Of a stretch of DNA of 64,000 nucleotides, positions 26,045-35,617 are shown one piece after another. Source of the DNA: an uncultured Porphyromonadaceae bacterium (lineage in GTDB: Bacteria; Bacteroidota; Bacteroidia; Bacteroidales; Muribaculaceae); NCBI GenBank assembly GCA_947177035.1, contig CAMWSS010000009.1, positions 1,566 to 65,565 of the forward strand, written 5' to 3'. The first letter of the stretch is position 1. Every line of letters starts with the position of its first letter. Both the position numbers and the translations under genes were made by a program. The notes beneath the pieces were generated by a model. The model saw only the letters and a list, made by a program, of their open reading frames with translations. It was not told the origin of the DNA and ran no database searches.

Positions 26045-27868
26045 ATGAAATACGACAAGCCGAAGGAGCTGACAGAAAAAATAGCGATACTGCCGACAAC
26101 CCCGGGCGTCTATACCTATTATGACGACCGGGGTAACGTCATATATGTGGGAAAGGCCAAAAACCTGAAACGACGCGTCAGCTCCTACTTCAACCGAACG
26201 CACGACGTGGTGCGCACCAACCTGCTGGTGCGCGCCATCGCCGACATGAGCTACATTGTCGTGCCGACAGAGCAGGACGCGCTCAATCTGGAGAACTCGA
26301 TGATCAAGGAGTACAAACCACGCTACAACGTGCTCCTCAAAGACGACAAATCATATCCGTGGATCGTGGTGACAAACGAACACTTTCCGCGGGTGTTTCT
26401 CACCCGACAGCGGCTCAAGGACGGATCGAAATACTTCGGGCCATACACCGACACGGCATCAGCCAAAACAGTGCTCGAACTGATCCGCCAGCTATATCCG
26501 GTGCGCACCTGCCGGCACCCCATCACCCCCGACTGGATCGACAGGGGCAAAGGGCGGCTCTGTCTGGAATATCACCTGAAAAAGTGTGAAGGATGCTGCG
26601 TCGGCAAAATCACCATGCAGCGATATGCCGGCTACATCGACCGCATACGCATGATCCTGCGTGGCGACACTGCCGAACTGCTGACGCATCTGGAAAACGA
26701 CATGAGCGCGCTCGCGGCCAGTCTGAAGTTTGAAGAAGCCCACGAAGTGAAGAAAAAATACGACCTGGTCAACCGTTACGAATCGAAATCGGTCATCGTC
26801 AGCCAGACTCTTGACCAGATCGACGTGTTCGGCATATCGGACGAAGGCGATAACGACGTGTATATCAACCACATGCACGTTCGCCGGGGAGCAGTCGTCA
26901 GGTCATTGACGCTCCACTATCGCCGCACCCTACAAGAGCCTGCCAGCCAACTGCTTAGCCTCGCCATAAGTGAAATCGCCGAACGTTTCGGGCCGAATTT
27001 CGACGAAGTAATCGTGGAAGAGATGCCCGACGCGGAGTTCCACGGCGTCGGATTCACCGTTCCGCAACGCGGCGACAAGGCCAAGCTGCTGGCCGTGTCA
27101 AAACAGAACGCCGCACAGAGCCGCACCGACGCCATCAAGCGTGCGGAGAAACTCGATCCGGAACAACGGGTGATGCGCGTGCTCAAAAAAATCCAGTCAG
27201 ATTTCCGCCTGCCCGAACTTCCGCGCCACATCGAGTGTTTTGACAACTCAAACATACAGGGCACCGATCCTGTAGCCTCATGCGTGGTGTTCCGCAACGC
27301 CAAACCGGCAAAAAAAGACTACCGCATTTTCAACATACAGACAGTCGAAGGCCCCGACGACTTCGCCTCGATGAAAGAAGCGCTCACCCGGCGCTACACC
27401 AGAATGATGCAGGAAGCGCCCGACGACCTGCCGCAGCTCATCGTCGTCGACGGCGGCAAAGGCCAGCTCTCGGCCGCGGTCGAAGCGCTCGAATCGATCG
27501 GCCTGCGCGGAACGATATCAGTGGTCGGCATAGCCAAGCGCCTTGAAGAAATCTACTTTCCGGGCGACTCCTATCCGCTCTATATCGACAAAAACTCCGA
27601 AACGCTGCGCGTGGTCCAGCACCTTCGCGACGAAGCCCACCGCTTCGGCATCACGCACCACCGCCAGCGACGCAGCCGCGGACAGATCAGAAGCGAGCTT
27701 GACTCGATTGCCGGAATCGGCCCAAAGACAAAAGAACTGCTTCTGAAAAATTTCCGCTCCGTCGCTGCCATACGCCAGGCCTCCGAAGCGCAACTATCCG
27801 AACTAATCGGACCGGCCAAAACCGGGCTTCTGCTGCGCCACTTCTCTGACAAACAACAATCCGAATGA
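26045..27868 (+). CDS. uvrC: Excinuclease ABC subunit C
   Basis: GIY-YIG domain (PGVYTYYDDRGNVIYVGKAKNLKRR), UVR domain, and C-terminal (HhH)2. Confidence 0.95.
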   Translation: MKYDKPKELTEKIAILPTTPGVYTYYDDRGNVIYVGKAKNLKRRVSSYFNRTHDVVRTNLLVRAIADMSYIVVPTEQDALNLENSMIKEYKPRYNVLLKDDKSYPWIVVTNEHFPRVFLTRQRLKDGSKYFGPYTDTASAKTVLELIRQLYPVRTCRHPITPDWIDRGKGRLCLEYHLKKCEGCCVGKITMQRYAGYIDRIRMILRGDTAELLTHLENDMSALAASLKFEEAHEVKKKYDLVNRYESKSVIVSQTLDQIDVFGISDEGDNDVYINHMHVRRGAVVRSLTLHYRRTLQEPASQLLSLAISEIAERFGPNFDEVIVEEMPDAEFHGVGFTVPQRGDKAKLLAVSKQNAAQSRTDAIKRAEKLDPEQRVMRVLKKIQSDFRLPELPRHIECFDNSNIQGTDPVASCVVFRNAKPAKKDYRIFNIQTVEGPDDFASMKEALTRRYTRMMQEAPDDLPQLIVVDGGKGQLSAAVEALESIGLRGTISVVGIAKRLEEIYFPGDSYPLYIDKNSETLRVVQHLRDEAHRFGITHHRQRRSRGQIRSELDSIAGIGPKTKELLLKNFRSVAAIRQASEAQLSELIGPAKTGLLLRHFSDKQQSE

Positions 27869-27889
27869 CAAAACATCGAAAATTATAAT

Positions 27890-27897
27890 TACCTTTG
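27890..27897 (+). promoter_or_regulatory. -7 promoter box (TACCTTTG) only 4 nt before ATG 27902
   Basis: Exact TAnnTTTG match. It implies a leaderless or near-leaderless mRNA. Confidence 0.4.
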
Positions 27898-27901
27898 CGA
27901 A

Positions 27902-28219
27902 ATGAATTCAGTTACTTTATTTCTGCAGGAATATCACCTGCTGGGACTCACCATCGGCCTGCTCACGTTTCTGGCAATCGGGGTGTGTCATCCTCTTGTG
28001 ATCAAAGGCGAATATTATTTCGGAACCAGATGCTGGTGGGCTTTTCTGATCACCGGTTGCGCATCGCTGGCCGGTGCCGTTATTGTCACCGACGTGCTCG
28101 GATCGTCGCTTCTCGGAGTGTGGGCCTTCAGCATGTTCTGGAGCATCAAGGAGCTGTTTGAACAACGCCAGCGGGTGGCCAAAGGCTGGTTTCCCGCCAA
28201 CCCTAAACGAAAAAACTAA
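27902..28219 (+). CDS. Small membrane protein (DUF4491-like)
   Basis: 105 aa with 3 hydrophobic helices. The family assignment is from memory only. Confidence 0.5.
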   Translation: MNSVTLFLQEYHLLGLTIGLLTFLAIGVCHPLVIKGEYYFGTRCWWAFLITGCASLAGAVIVTDVLGSSLLGVWAFSMFWSIKELFEQRQRVAKGWFPANPKRKN

Positions 28220-28222
28220 ATC

Positions 28223-29305
28223 ATGATTCCGGCATACGTATACTGGACTGTCCGTCCTGAAATATTCTCGATCGGCCCCTTCACTTTCGGCCCCGCGGCA
28301 ATCGGCATAGCCGCCCTGCTGCTGTTTATTCTGCTCATCGCCGACTTTATCGGCTGGCGACGCTCGCGCAACAAATGGGAAGCCGACCACAAAAAGGGAA
28401 CTCCCCCACCCTACCCCTGGGTCAACGCCGTCGTCATCGGCGGCATCATCTACTGGCTGCTCTCGGCCAACGCGAGCCGGGGCGGCATCGAGATCGGCCC
28501 CGTGGCAATGCGGTGGTACGGGCTGATGTTCCTGATCGGTTTCACGGCCGGCTACCTCATCGAGCGGCGCATCTACCGCCACGAAGGCGCTCCCGAGCAA
28601 TGGCTCACGACTCTGCTCATATGGGTCGTGGCCGGCACCATCATCGGCGCGCGTCTGGGCCACTGCTTCTTCTATGAGTGGGACTACTACAGCGCCCACC
28701 CCGAAAAGATCATAGCCTTCTGGGAGGGCGGCCTCGCCAGCCACGGAGGCACCATCGGAGTGATTCTTTGCATTTTCGGCTACAGCCGCTTCACCACCCG
28801 CAAGCCCGCTCTCTGGGCCTTTGACCGCATTGTGGTTCCGATCGCGCTGGTGGGCTGCCTGATCCGCATGGGCAATCTCTTCAATTCAGAAATCTTCGGC
28901 CATGCCACCACCCTGCCCTGGGGCTTCATGTTCCCGCTCAGCCGCGAATGGCAGCAGATCTATGCCCCGATGCAGGCCGCATGCCACCCGACCCAACTGT
29001 ATGAAGCAGGCTGCTACCTTCTGCTGTTTGCCGTGCTGATGCTGATGTATTGGCGCTATCACGCCGAACGCCGTCCCGGACTGCTGCTCGGCAGCTTCTT
29101 CATCGGCTGCTTCCTGCCGCGCATACTGATCGAATTCGTGAAAAACAATCAGGAAGCATTTGAAGACACCATGCTGCTCAACATGGGCCAGCTGCTCAGC
29201 GTGCCTTTCGTCCTGGCCGGAATCTTCTTCGTGTGGCGCGCCATGAGCCGCCCGGCAGTGAATGTGGAATATCCCGACAAATTTCCCGACCATGCAGCCA
29301 ACTGA
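28223..29305 (+). CDS. lgt: Prolipoprotein diacylglyceryl transferase
   Basis: RWYGLMFLIGFTAGYLI, GGLASHGG and HPTQLYE motifs. Confidence 0.85.
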   Translation: MIPAYVYWTVRPEIFSIGPFTFGPAAIGIAALLLFILLIADFIGWRRSRNKWEADHKKGTPPPYPWVNAVVIGGIIYWLLSANASRGGIEIGPVAMRWYGLMFLIGFTAGYLIERRIYRHEGAPEQWLTTLLIWVVAGTIIGARLGHCFFYEWDYYSAHPEKIIAFWEGGLASHGGTIGVILCIFGYSRFTTRKPALWAFDRIVVPIALVGCLIRMGNLFNSEIFGHATTLPWGFMFPLSREWQQIYAPMQAACHPTQLYEAGCYLLLFAVLMLMYWRYHAERRPGLLLGSFFIGCFLPRILIEFVKNNQEAFEDTMLLNMGQLLSVPFVLAGIFFVWRAMSRPAVNVEYPDKFPDHAAN

Positions 29306-30467
29306 CATGATCGCCGCAATAACGGCGACTGCGGCATTGCCGCCTGCCCTATGGCTTCTTTCGGCCTACCGCTCCCGCGTGGTCTCCGTGGGCCGTGCCA
29401 TACGCCACACCGCCGTCAGCCAGACGGCGTCGGTCAACGCGTCGGTCATAGTCCTGTCGGGCAACGACAGCGAAGCGCTCGAGCGCCTGCTTGACAGAAT
29501 ATTCAGCCAGAATTTCGACGGCCAGATGGAAGTCATCGTGGTCAACGACGGAAAAAGCGAAAACGTGAAAGACGTCGTGACCCGCATGCGAAACTCCCGG
29601 CGCGCCAACAATCTCCACATCACCTTCACTCCGCCCGAAACACGCAACGTGAGCCACCGCAAGCTCTCCATCACCCTCGGAGTGAAAGCCGCGCGCCATC
29701 CCGTGGCCGTGATAATCGACGAACAGTCGGCCATACCGTCCGACCGGTGGCTGACCGCCATGACGTCGCCCTTTGCCGACGAACAGATTCAGATCGTGCT
29801 CGGATCGGCGTTGCCTGATCCGGAGGCCGACATCAGCCCGAAAGGCTCCAAAGGCTACCGCGCGTTCACCCACGCGGCCGATGCCGTGGCGTGGCTGTCG
29901 GCCGCCCTGCGCCACTGCCCCTATCGCGGATGCGGAGGAAACATCGCCTATCGCCGCCAGCTGTTTTTCGACAACAAAGGGTTCAGCTCGGCGCTCAACC
30001 TGCGCGACGGCGACGACGACATCTTCATCAACCGCGTGGCCACGAGTTCCAACACCGCCGTGATGATCGCGCCCGAAGCCCTCGTCACCTACAGCTCGCC
30101 GACCTCACGCAGCGAATTCCGCAGCCGGCGGCCGCGCCGCTTCTTCACGGCCCGGCTCCTGCGCCGCTCCACTCCGCGCTTTTTCGGATTCAGTTCGGCC
30201 ATGGCCTGGCTCTTCACCCTGCTAACCGTCCTCTCCATCTCTCTCGCCATAATCAGCCGCGACTGGATCACCACCGCCGCGGCTGCCACGCTCGGCATCG
30301 GAGTCTGGCTCACACTGGCTCTGACATGGCGTTATACGATCAAGGCGATATGCGGCCGCAGACTGCTGCTCGCGCTTCCCCCGATGATACTTTTCAGACC
30401 GCTCACAAACATGCGCCACAAATGGCTCTCGCGATTGCGCGCCAAAGAATATTACACCTGGGGGTGA
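29292..30467 (+). CDS. Family-2 glycosyltransferase with N- and C-terminal TM segments
   Basis: ASVIVLSGNDSEALERLLDRIFSQNFDGQMEVIVVNDGKSEN is a GT2 signature. ATG 29307 is an alternative start. Confidence 0.75.
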   Translation: MQPTDMIAAITATAALPPALWLLSAYRSRVVSVGRAIRHTAVSQTASVNASVIVLSGNDSEALERLLDRIFSQNFDGQMEVIVVNDGKSENVKDVVTRMRNSRRANNLHITFTPPETRNVSHRKLSITLGVKAARHPVAVIIDEQSAIPSDRWLTAMTSPFADEQIQIVLGSALPDPEADISPKGSKGYRAFTHAADAVAWLSAALRHCPYRGCGGNIAYRRQLFFDNKGFSSALNLRDGDDDIFINRVATSSNTAVMIAPEALVTYSSPTSRSEFRSRRPRRFFTARLLRRSTPRFFGFSSAMAWLFTLLTVLSISLAIISRDWITTAAAATLGIGVWLTLALTWRYTIKAICGRRLLLALPPMILFRPLTNMRHKWLSRLRAKEYYTWG

Positions 30468-30534
30468 ACCAAGCACACGTCACATGAGTTTTTAGTTTAG
30501 AGGGTGTTTAACCATAAAACAAAAACGTTCAACA

Positions 30535-31488
30535 ATGACCAGAATCAAGACAAACCTGTTGGCCTCAGTTCTGCTATGCTCCGCCATGCATCTCCACGCC
30601 GACGTGGAACCGATCAAATACGGCAATATGGACAACTGGATCACCCGCGACATCAAAGAGTCCCGGCTCATCGGCGGCAAAACCAAAAGCATCTATGAAA
30701 TCGGACCGTCACAGCACTTTGACGGAGCAAGGGCCTACACCCCCATGGGAGGATCGCCATGGGCCACCAGCAACGTATATGCCAAAGTGATGGGCGTGGT
30801 GAAGACGTCAAACGCCGTGTTTCCCGAACAGAGAGGCAATGGCAGATGCGCGCGCCTGACCACCATACTCGAAAGCTGCCGCGTGCTCGGCATGTTTGAC
30901 ATCGAAGTGCTTGTGTCAGGCTCGATTTTCCTCGGTCAGATGATGGAACCGATCACCAACACCTCAAGCCCCTACAGCAAAATGGAGATGGGAGTGCCGT
31001 TCACCCGACGCCCCGTCGCCCTGCAGTTCGACTATAAACTCACCGACCCCGAATCAGGCACGCTCACCAAGGCCACCACAGGGTCAAAGAAAACATATCC
31101 CGGCCATGACAGCGCCGACGTGTTCATCTACCTGCAACGCCGCTGGGAAGACGCCGACGGCAACATACACGCCAAACGCGTCGGCACCGGGCGCGAACGC
31201 CTCCGCGGAAACACTCCGTGGACAAACGCCCACAGAATTCCGGTGATCTATGGAGACCCGACACAGAATCCGGCATATCGCCCATATATGGGACTGCTCA
31301 ACGGCGAGAAGGCATACTATGCCCGCAACTCCAAAGGAAAGATGGTGCCTGTGGAGGAAGAAGGATGGGACAGCGCCGACAGCACCCCTACACACCTGAT
31401 AGTCATGGCATCGGCCGGAAGCGGCAATGCCTATGAGGGCCAGCTCGGCATGGAGCTTTGCATCGACAACATCGCCCTGGTCTACTAA
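30535..31488 (+). CDS. Secreted PCMD-like (putative carbohydrate metabolism domain) protein
   Basis: Signal peptide followed by IKYGNMDNWITR... This is pattern recollection only. Confidence 0.4.
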   Translation: MTRIKTNLLASVLLCSAMHLHADVEPIKYGNMDNWITRDIKESRLIGGKTKSIYEIGPSQHFDGARAYTPMGGSPWATSNVYAKVMGVVKTSNAVFPEQRGNGRCARLTTILESCRVLGMFDIEVLVSGSIFLGQMMEPITNTSSPYSKMEMGVPFTRRPVALQFDYKLTDPESGTLTKATTGSKKTYPGHDSADVFIYLQRRWEDADGNIHAKRVGTGRERLRGNTPWTNAHRIPVIYGDPTQNPAYRPYMGLLNGEKAYYARNSKGKMVPVEEEGWDSADSTPTHLIVMASAGSGNAYEGQLGMELCIDNIALVY

Positions 31489-31550
31489 TAGGGTGTTACA
31501 AAGCGTATTGCGATGATCGTTCATCTCATTTTGCCCCAAAAACAAATACC

Positions 31551-32216
31551 ATGAAACGACTATTTTCAATCATCACACTTCTTGCTCTGATTCTGACTTC
31601 TCATGCGCAGATACAACGGCTCGACACACTCTCTGAACGCGTTTCGTCTCTTATCATAAGCACCGGTGAGATAAAGACCGGAAAGAACATACTCAACGCA
31701 AGTCCTAAGGAAATCATTGACACTCTTGATGATGGCTACAGGATTACAATGCTGTTCGACTGCGTGAACATCGGCAGAGTCCGCAATCAGAATGGGAAGA
31801 AAAAATTGGGATGGCGTGGTTTCGATCAATCCTATACGGGAGAACGCCCTACTCTGCCCCAAAAAGTCTTAACTTTAGACAAACCGCTCGGCGCAGACGT
31901 GGTCGTTGATGTCGAAAAGATGGACTATGTTGAATATCTGATTGATATGGCCGCTGCAGAGGAAGTTCAATTCCAAAATGAATCCAAGCCGATAAAGCCT
32001 ATAGGTAATTATGAAGGATTTTATCCTGAAAACCAATTTCAGCTTCAATTCATTGAACATATTCCGAAATCAGACAATGTTATAGTTTCAGTTACTCCTG
32101 TCTCATATAACCAGGCTACACAAATCATCAGAATTCCCTACAAAATTGTGTTCTCTCTGAAATTCACAGATGTGCCAACTCCGTCACCAGAGCCGGCGGA
32201 CCGGCGGATTCGCTGA
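31551..32216 (+). CDS. AT-rich orphan secreted protein (221 aa) whose C-terminal half resembles a peptidase-C25 (gingipain) propeptide
   Basis: Signal peptide MKRLFSIITLLALILTSHAQ. FYPENQFQLQFIEHIPKSDNVIVSVTPVSYNQATQIIRIPYKIVFSL resembles the gingipain propeptide FFPGE...VVNFAPLQYNPVTKTLRIYTEIVVAV. A spot GC count gives about 40%. Confidence 0.55.
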   Translation: MKRLFSIITLLALILTSHAQIQRLDTLSERVSSLIISTGEIKTGKNILNASPKEIIDTLDDGYRITMLFDCVNIGRVRNQNGKKKLGWRGFDQSYTGERPTLPQKVLTLDKPLGADVVVDVEKMDYVEYLIDMAAAEEVQFQNESKPIKPIGNYEGFYPENQFQLQFIEHIPKSDNVIVSVTPVSYNQATQIIRIPYKIVFSLKFTDVPTPSPEPADRRIR

Positions 32217-32235
32217 CTGGCGGTGACTCACACCT

Positions 32236-32243
32236 TAATTTTG
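32236..32243 (+). promoter_or_regulatory. -7 promoter box (TAATTTTG), distal copy
   Basis: TAATTTTGCG, repeated 27 bp downstream. Confidence 0.4.
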
Positions 32244-32262
32244 CGCTGACGGAATTTTTTGC

Positions 32263-32270
32263 TAATTTTG
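32263..32270 (+). promoter_or_regulatory. -7 promoter box (TAATTTTG), proximal copy for topA
   Basis: Exact match 30 nt upstream of ATG 32301. Confidence 0.5.
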
Positions 32271-32300
32271 CGATTTGAAACACAAGAAGCTTACCGACCC

Positions 32301-34661
32301 ATGCCCATAAAAAACCTGGTGATAGTGGAGTCTCCCGCCAAAGCGAAGACCATTGAAAAATTTCTTGGAAAAGACTATAAGGTCCTTTCCAGCTATGGCC
32401 ATATCCGAGATCTGGCCAAAAAAAGTTTTTCGCTGGAGGAAAACGCCGAAGGACGCCGCGATTTCACACCCAACTATGAAATTCCTGAAGAGAAACTCGA
32501 ACGCGTCAAAGAGCTGAAACAGGCGGCCGCAAGCGCCGAGACCGTGTGGCTCGCATCTGATGAAGACCGTGAAGGAGAAGCCATTGCATGGCATCTGAGC
32601 GAAGTGCTCGGACTCGACCCGGCCAAGACGCGACGCATAGTTTTTCACGAAATCACGAAAGACGCCATTCTCCACGCCATAGCCAACCCGCGCACCATAG
32701 ACCTTGACCGCGTCAATGCCCAGCAGGCACGCAGAGTGCTTGACCGCATAGTGGGCTTTGAACTGAGTCCCGTGCTCTGGAAAAAGATCAAGCCGGCCCT
32801 GTCGGCAGGCCGCGTGCAGTCAGTGGCAGTGCGTCTGATCGTTGAACGCGAACAGGAAATCAAGGACTTCAAGTCGGAAGAATACTTTCGTGTGACCGGC
32901 CGGTTCACAACGGCCGACGGCGCCACAGTGCGCGGCGAACTGAACCGCAGACTGCCCGACGAGGCTTCGGCCCGCGAGTTTATGAACGACTGCGCCGGAG
33001 CCAGCTTCAAAGTCAACTCCGTTAACGTGCGTCCGGCAAGAAAAAGCCCCGCGCCGCCTTTCACCACCTCGACCCTCCAGCAAGAGGCGGCCCGCAAGCT
33101 CGGATTCACCGTCAGCCAGACCATGAGCGTGGCCCAGCGCCTGTATGAGGCCGGACACATTACGTATATGCGTACCGACTCCGTCAACCTCTCGAACCTG
33201 GCCATAAACACCATATCGAAGGTGATCACCGACAAACTCGGCAAGGACTACCTTCACGTGCGCCACTACCACACCAGCTCGAAGGGAGCGCAGGAAGCCC
33301 ACGAAGCCATCCGCCCGACCTATGCCGACGTGGAGAGCATCGACGGCACACAGGCAGAGAAACGACTCTACACCCTGATACGCCGCCGTGCCATCGCATC
33401 GCAGATGGCCGACGCGGAAATCGAACGCACCACAGCCGAAATCGGCGTGAGCAGCCGCCAGGAACATTTCACCGCCCAGGGCGAAGTCATCAAGTTCGAC
33501 GGTTTCCTCAACGTTTATCTCGAAGGCCGCGACGACGACAGTTCCGACGAGTCGACACAAGACGGCAACCTGCCCCAGCTGTCGGCCGACCAGAGCCTCG
33601 ACTGCGCCGACATCACCGCAATGCAGCGCCACACTGTCCATCCCCCGCGCTTCACCGAAGCCGCACTGGTCAAGAAGATGGAAGATCTCGGCATCGGACG
33701 CCCGTCGACCTATGCCCCCACCATCTCCACAATCCAGCAGCGCGAATATGTGGAAAAGGGCAACCGCGAAGGCACCGAGCACCCGTTCACCGTGCTGAAT
33801 CTCTCGCCCGACGGCACCATCAGCACCGAAACCCGCACCGAAGTGCTGGGCGGCGACCGCGGAAAACTGCTGCCCACCGACATCGGCATCGTGGTCAACA
33901 CCTTCCTTGACGAATACTTCCCCGACATTCTTGACTATAATTTCACGGCACGCGTCGAAGAGAAATTTGACGAGATCGCCGAAGGAAAACTGCCTTGGCA
34001 GCAGGAAATCGGCGAATTCTACGCGCAATTCCACCCCGAAGTGGAAAAGGCCCTGAACATGCGCCTCGAACATCGCGTCGGCGAACGCATTCTCGGCGTT
34101 CACCCCGAATCAGGCAAGCAGGTGAGCGTCAAGATCGGACGATTCGGCCCGCTGGTGCAGATCGGCGACGCCGACGCCGAAGAGAAGCCGCAGTTCGCCT
34201 CGCTGCTCAAAGGCCAGAGTCTCGCCACGCTGACCCTCGACGACGCCCTGAAACTGTTTGAATTTCCACGCACAATCGGCGAATATGAAGGCAAAGACGT
34301 GACAGTGGCCATCGGACGCTTCGGACCTTATGTGAAACACGACGGACGCTTCGTGTCGATTCCGGCAAGCGTGGCTCCGGCAGCAATCTCGCTCGACGAA
34401 GCTATCGAGCTGATCGAGGCCAAACGCCAGGCCGAGAAAAACAAAATTATCAAGCTCTTTGACTCAGATCCTGAGCTTCAGATACTTAACGGACGCTTCG
34501 GACCATACATCTCGTATAAAAAAGAAAACTATAAAATTCCCCGCACGGTCACAACCCCCGCCGACCTGACCGAAGAGGAATGTCGCGAGATAATAGCCTC
34601 ACAGGCCGACAAACCGAAAAAGACCTCACGCAAAACAGCCTCCTCACGCAAGAAGCAATAA
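32301..34661 (+). CDS. topA: DNA topoisomerase I
   Basis: TOPRIM domain (LVIVESPAKAKTIEKFLG), active-site region YMRTDS, and C-terminal repeats. The start is ATG 32301. Confidence 0.97.
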   Translation: MPIKNLVIVESPAKAKTIEKFLGKDYKVLSSYGHIRDLAKKSFSLEENAEGRRDFTPNYEIPEEKLERVKELKQAAASAETVWLASDEDREGEAIAWHLSEVLGLDPAKTRRIVFHEITKDAILHAIANPRTIDLDRVNAQQARRVLDRIVGFELSPVLWKKIKPALSAGRVQSVAVRLIVEREQEIKDFKSEEYFRVTGRFTTADGATVRGELNRRLPDEASAREFMNDCAGASFKVNSVNVRPARKSPAPPFTTSTLQQEAARKLGFTVSQTMSVAQRLYEAGHITYMRTDSVNLSNLAINTISKVITDKLGKDYLHVRHYHTSSKGAQEAHEAIRPTYADVESIDGTQAEKRLYTLIRRRAIASQMADAEIERTTAEIGVSSRQEHFTAQGEVIKFDGFLNVYLEGRDDDSSDESTQDGNLPQLSADQSLDCADITAMQRHTVHPPRFTEAALVKKMEDLGIGRPSTYAPTISTIQQREYVEKGNREGTEHPFTVLNLSPDGTISTETRTEVLGGDRGKLLPTDIGIVVNTFLDEYFPDILDYNFTARVEEKFDEIAEGKLPWQQEIGEFYAQFHPEVEKALNMRLEHRVGERILGVHPESGKQVSVKIGRFGPLVQIGDADAEEKPQFASLLKGQSLATLTLDDALKLFEFPRTIGEYEGKDVTVAIGRFGPYVKHDGRFVSIPASVAPAAISLDEAIELIEAKRQAEKNKIIKLFDSDPELQILNGRFGPYISYKKENYKIPRTVTTPADLTEEECREIIASQADKPKKTSRKTASSRKKQ

Positions 34662-35617
34662 TGTCAATCAACGAAAAGCAGACAAAACTGCGGCGCGCCC
34701 CGTTCAAACCCGACGTGGTGCGCACATTCACAGTCACCGAAGGAGAGCCGACATCGCTGTTGGCCTTTGTGGAGACAAAATTTCCGGAACTGAAGCGCAC
34801 GCGCCTGAAGCAGATGTTCGCCCACCGTCAGGTCAAACTGAACCAGTCGGTCATGACCCAGTGCAACATGGACGTTACCCCGGGCGACACGGTCAACGTG
34901 AACCTGACGCGCGAATTCCGCGAATTCACCCACCGGCGACTGAAACTGATCTACGAAGACGAGCATATTCTGGTGGTGCATAAGGGCTATGGCCTGCTGT
35001 CAATGGCCGGCGACGGCCCTGAAAAGCAGGAAACCGCCTACTCCATTCTGCGTGAATATCTGAAAAAAGAGCATCCCGGCAACAAACTTTTCATCGTGCA
35101 CCGTCTGGACCGCGACACCACCGGCCTGATGCTGTTTGCCAAGTCACAGGAAGCCAAAGAGACCTTGCAGTTCAACTGGAACGCCATGGTGCTTGACCGG
35201 CGCTATGTCTGCGTCACCGAAGGGCGTCCGGAACCGGCCGAAGGAATCGTGCGCACACGCCTGATGGAAAATTCCCGCCATGAGGTCTACTCCATTCCCG
35301 AAGACTCCGATCGCGGACAGCTCGCCGTCACCCGCTACACCACCCTCGGCACCGGCCGCGCCGGCCTGTCGCTCGTGGAATGCCAGCTCGACACCGGACG
35401 CAAAAACCAGATACGCGTGCACATGAAAGAACTCGGCACCCCCATCAGCGGCGACCGCCGTTACGGCGGCCACGCCTCGCCGATACACCGCATGGCCCTC
35501 CACGCCCGCACTCTGCGGTTTATCCATCCGATTACGAGAAAAGAGATGAGCTTCACCACACCGGTGCCGTCATCGTTCACCCGCCTGACCGGACGGATTG
35601 ACAATCGGGAGGCATGA
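34661..35617 (+). CDS. RluA-family 23S rRNA/tRNA pseudouridine synthase
   Basis: HRLDRDTTGLMLFAK catalytic motif and GRKNQIRVH. The ATG overlaps the topA stop (TAATG). Confidence 0.85.
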   Translation: MSINEKQTKLRRAPFKPDVVRTFTVTEGEPTSLLAFVETKFPELKRTRLKQMFAHRQVKLNQSVMTQCNMDVTPGDTVNVNLTREFREFTHRRLKLIYEDEHILVVHKGYGLLSMAGDGPEKQETAYSILREYLKKEHPGNKLFIVHRLDRDTTGLMLFAKSQEAKETLQFNWNAMVLDRRYVCVTEGRPEPAEGIVRTRLMENSRHEVYSIPEDSDRGQLAVTRYTTLGTGRAGLSLVECQLDTGRKNQIRVHMKELGTPISGDRRYGGHASPIHRMALHARTLRFIHPITRKEMSFTTPVPSSFTRLTGRIDNREA

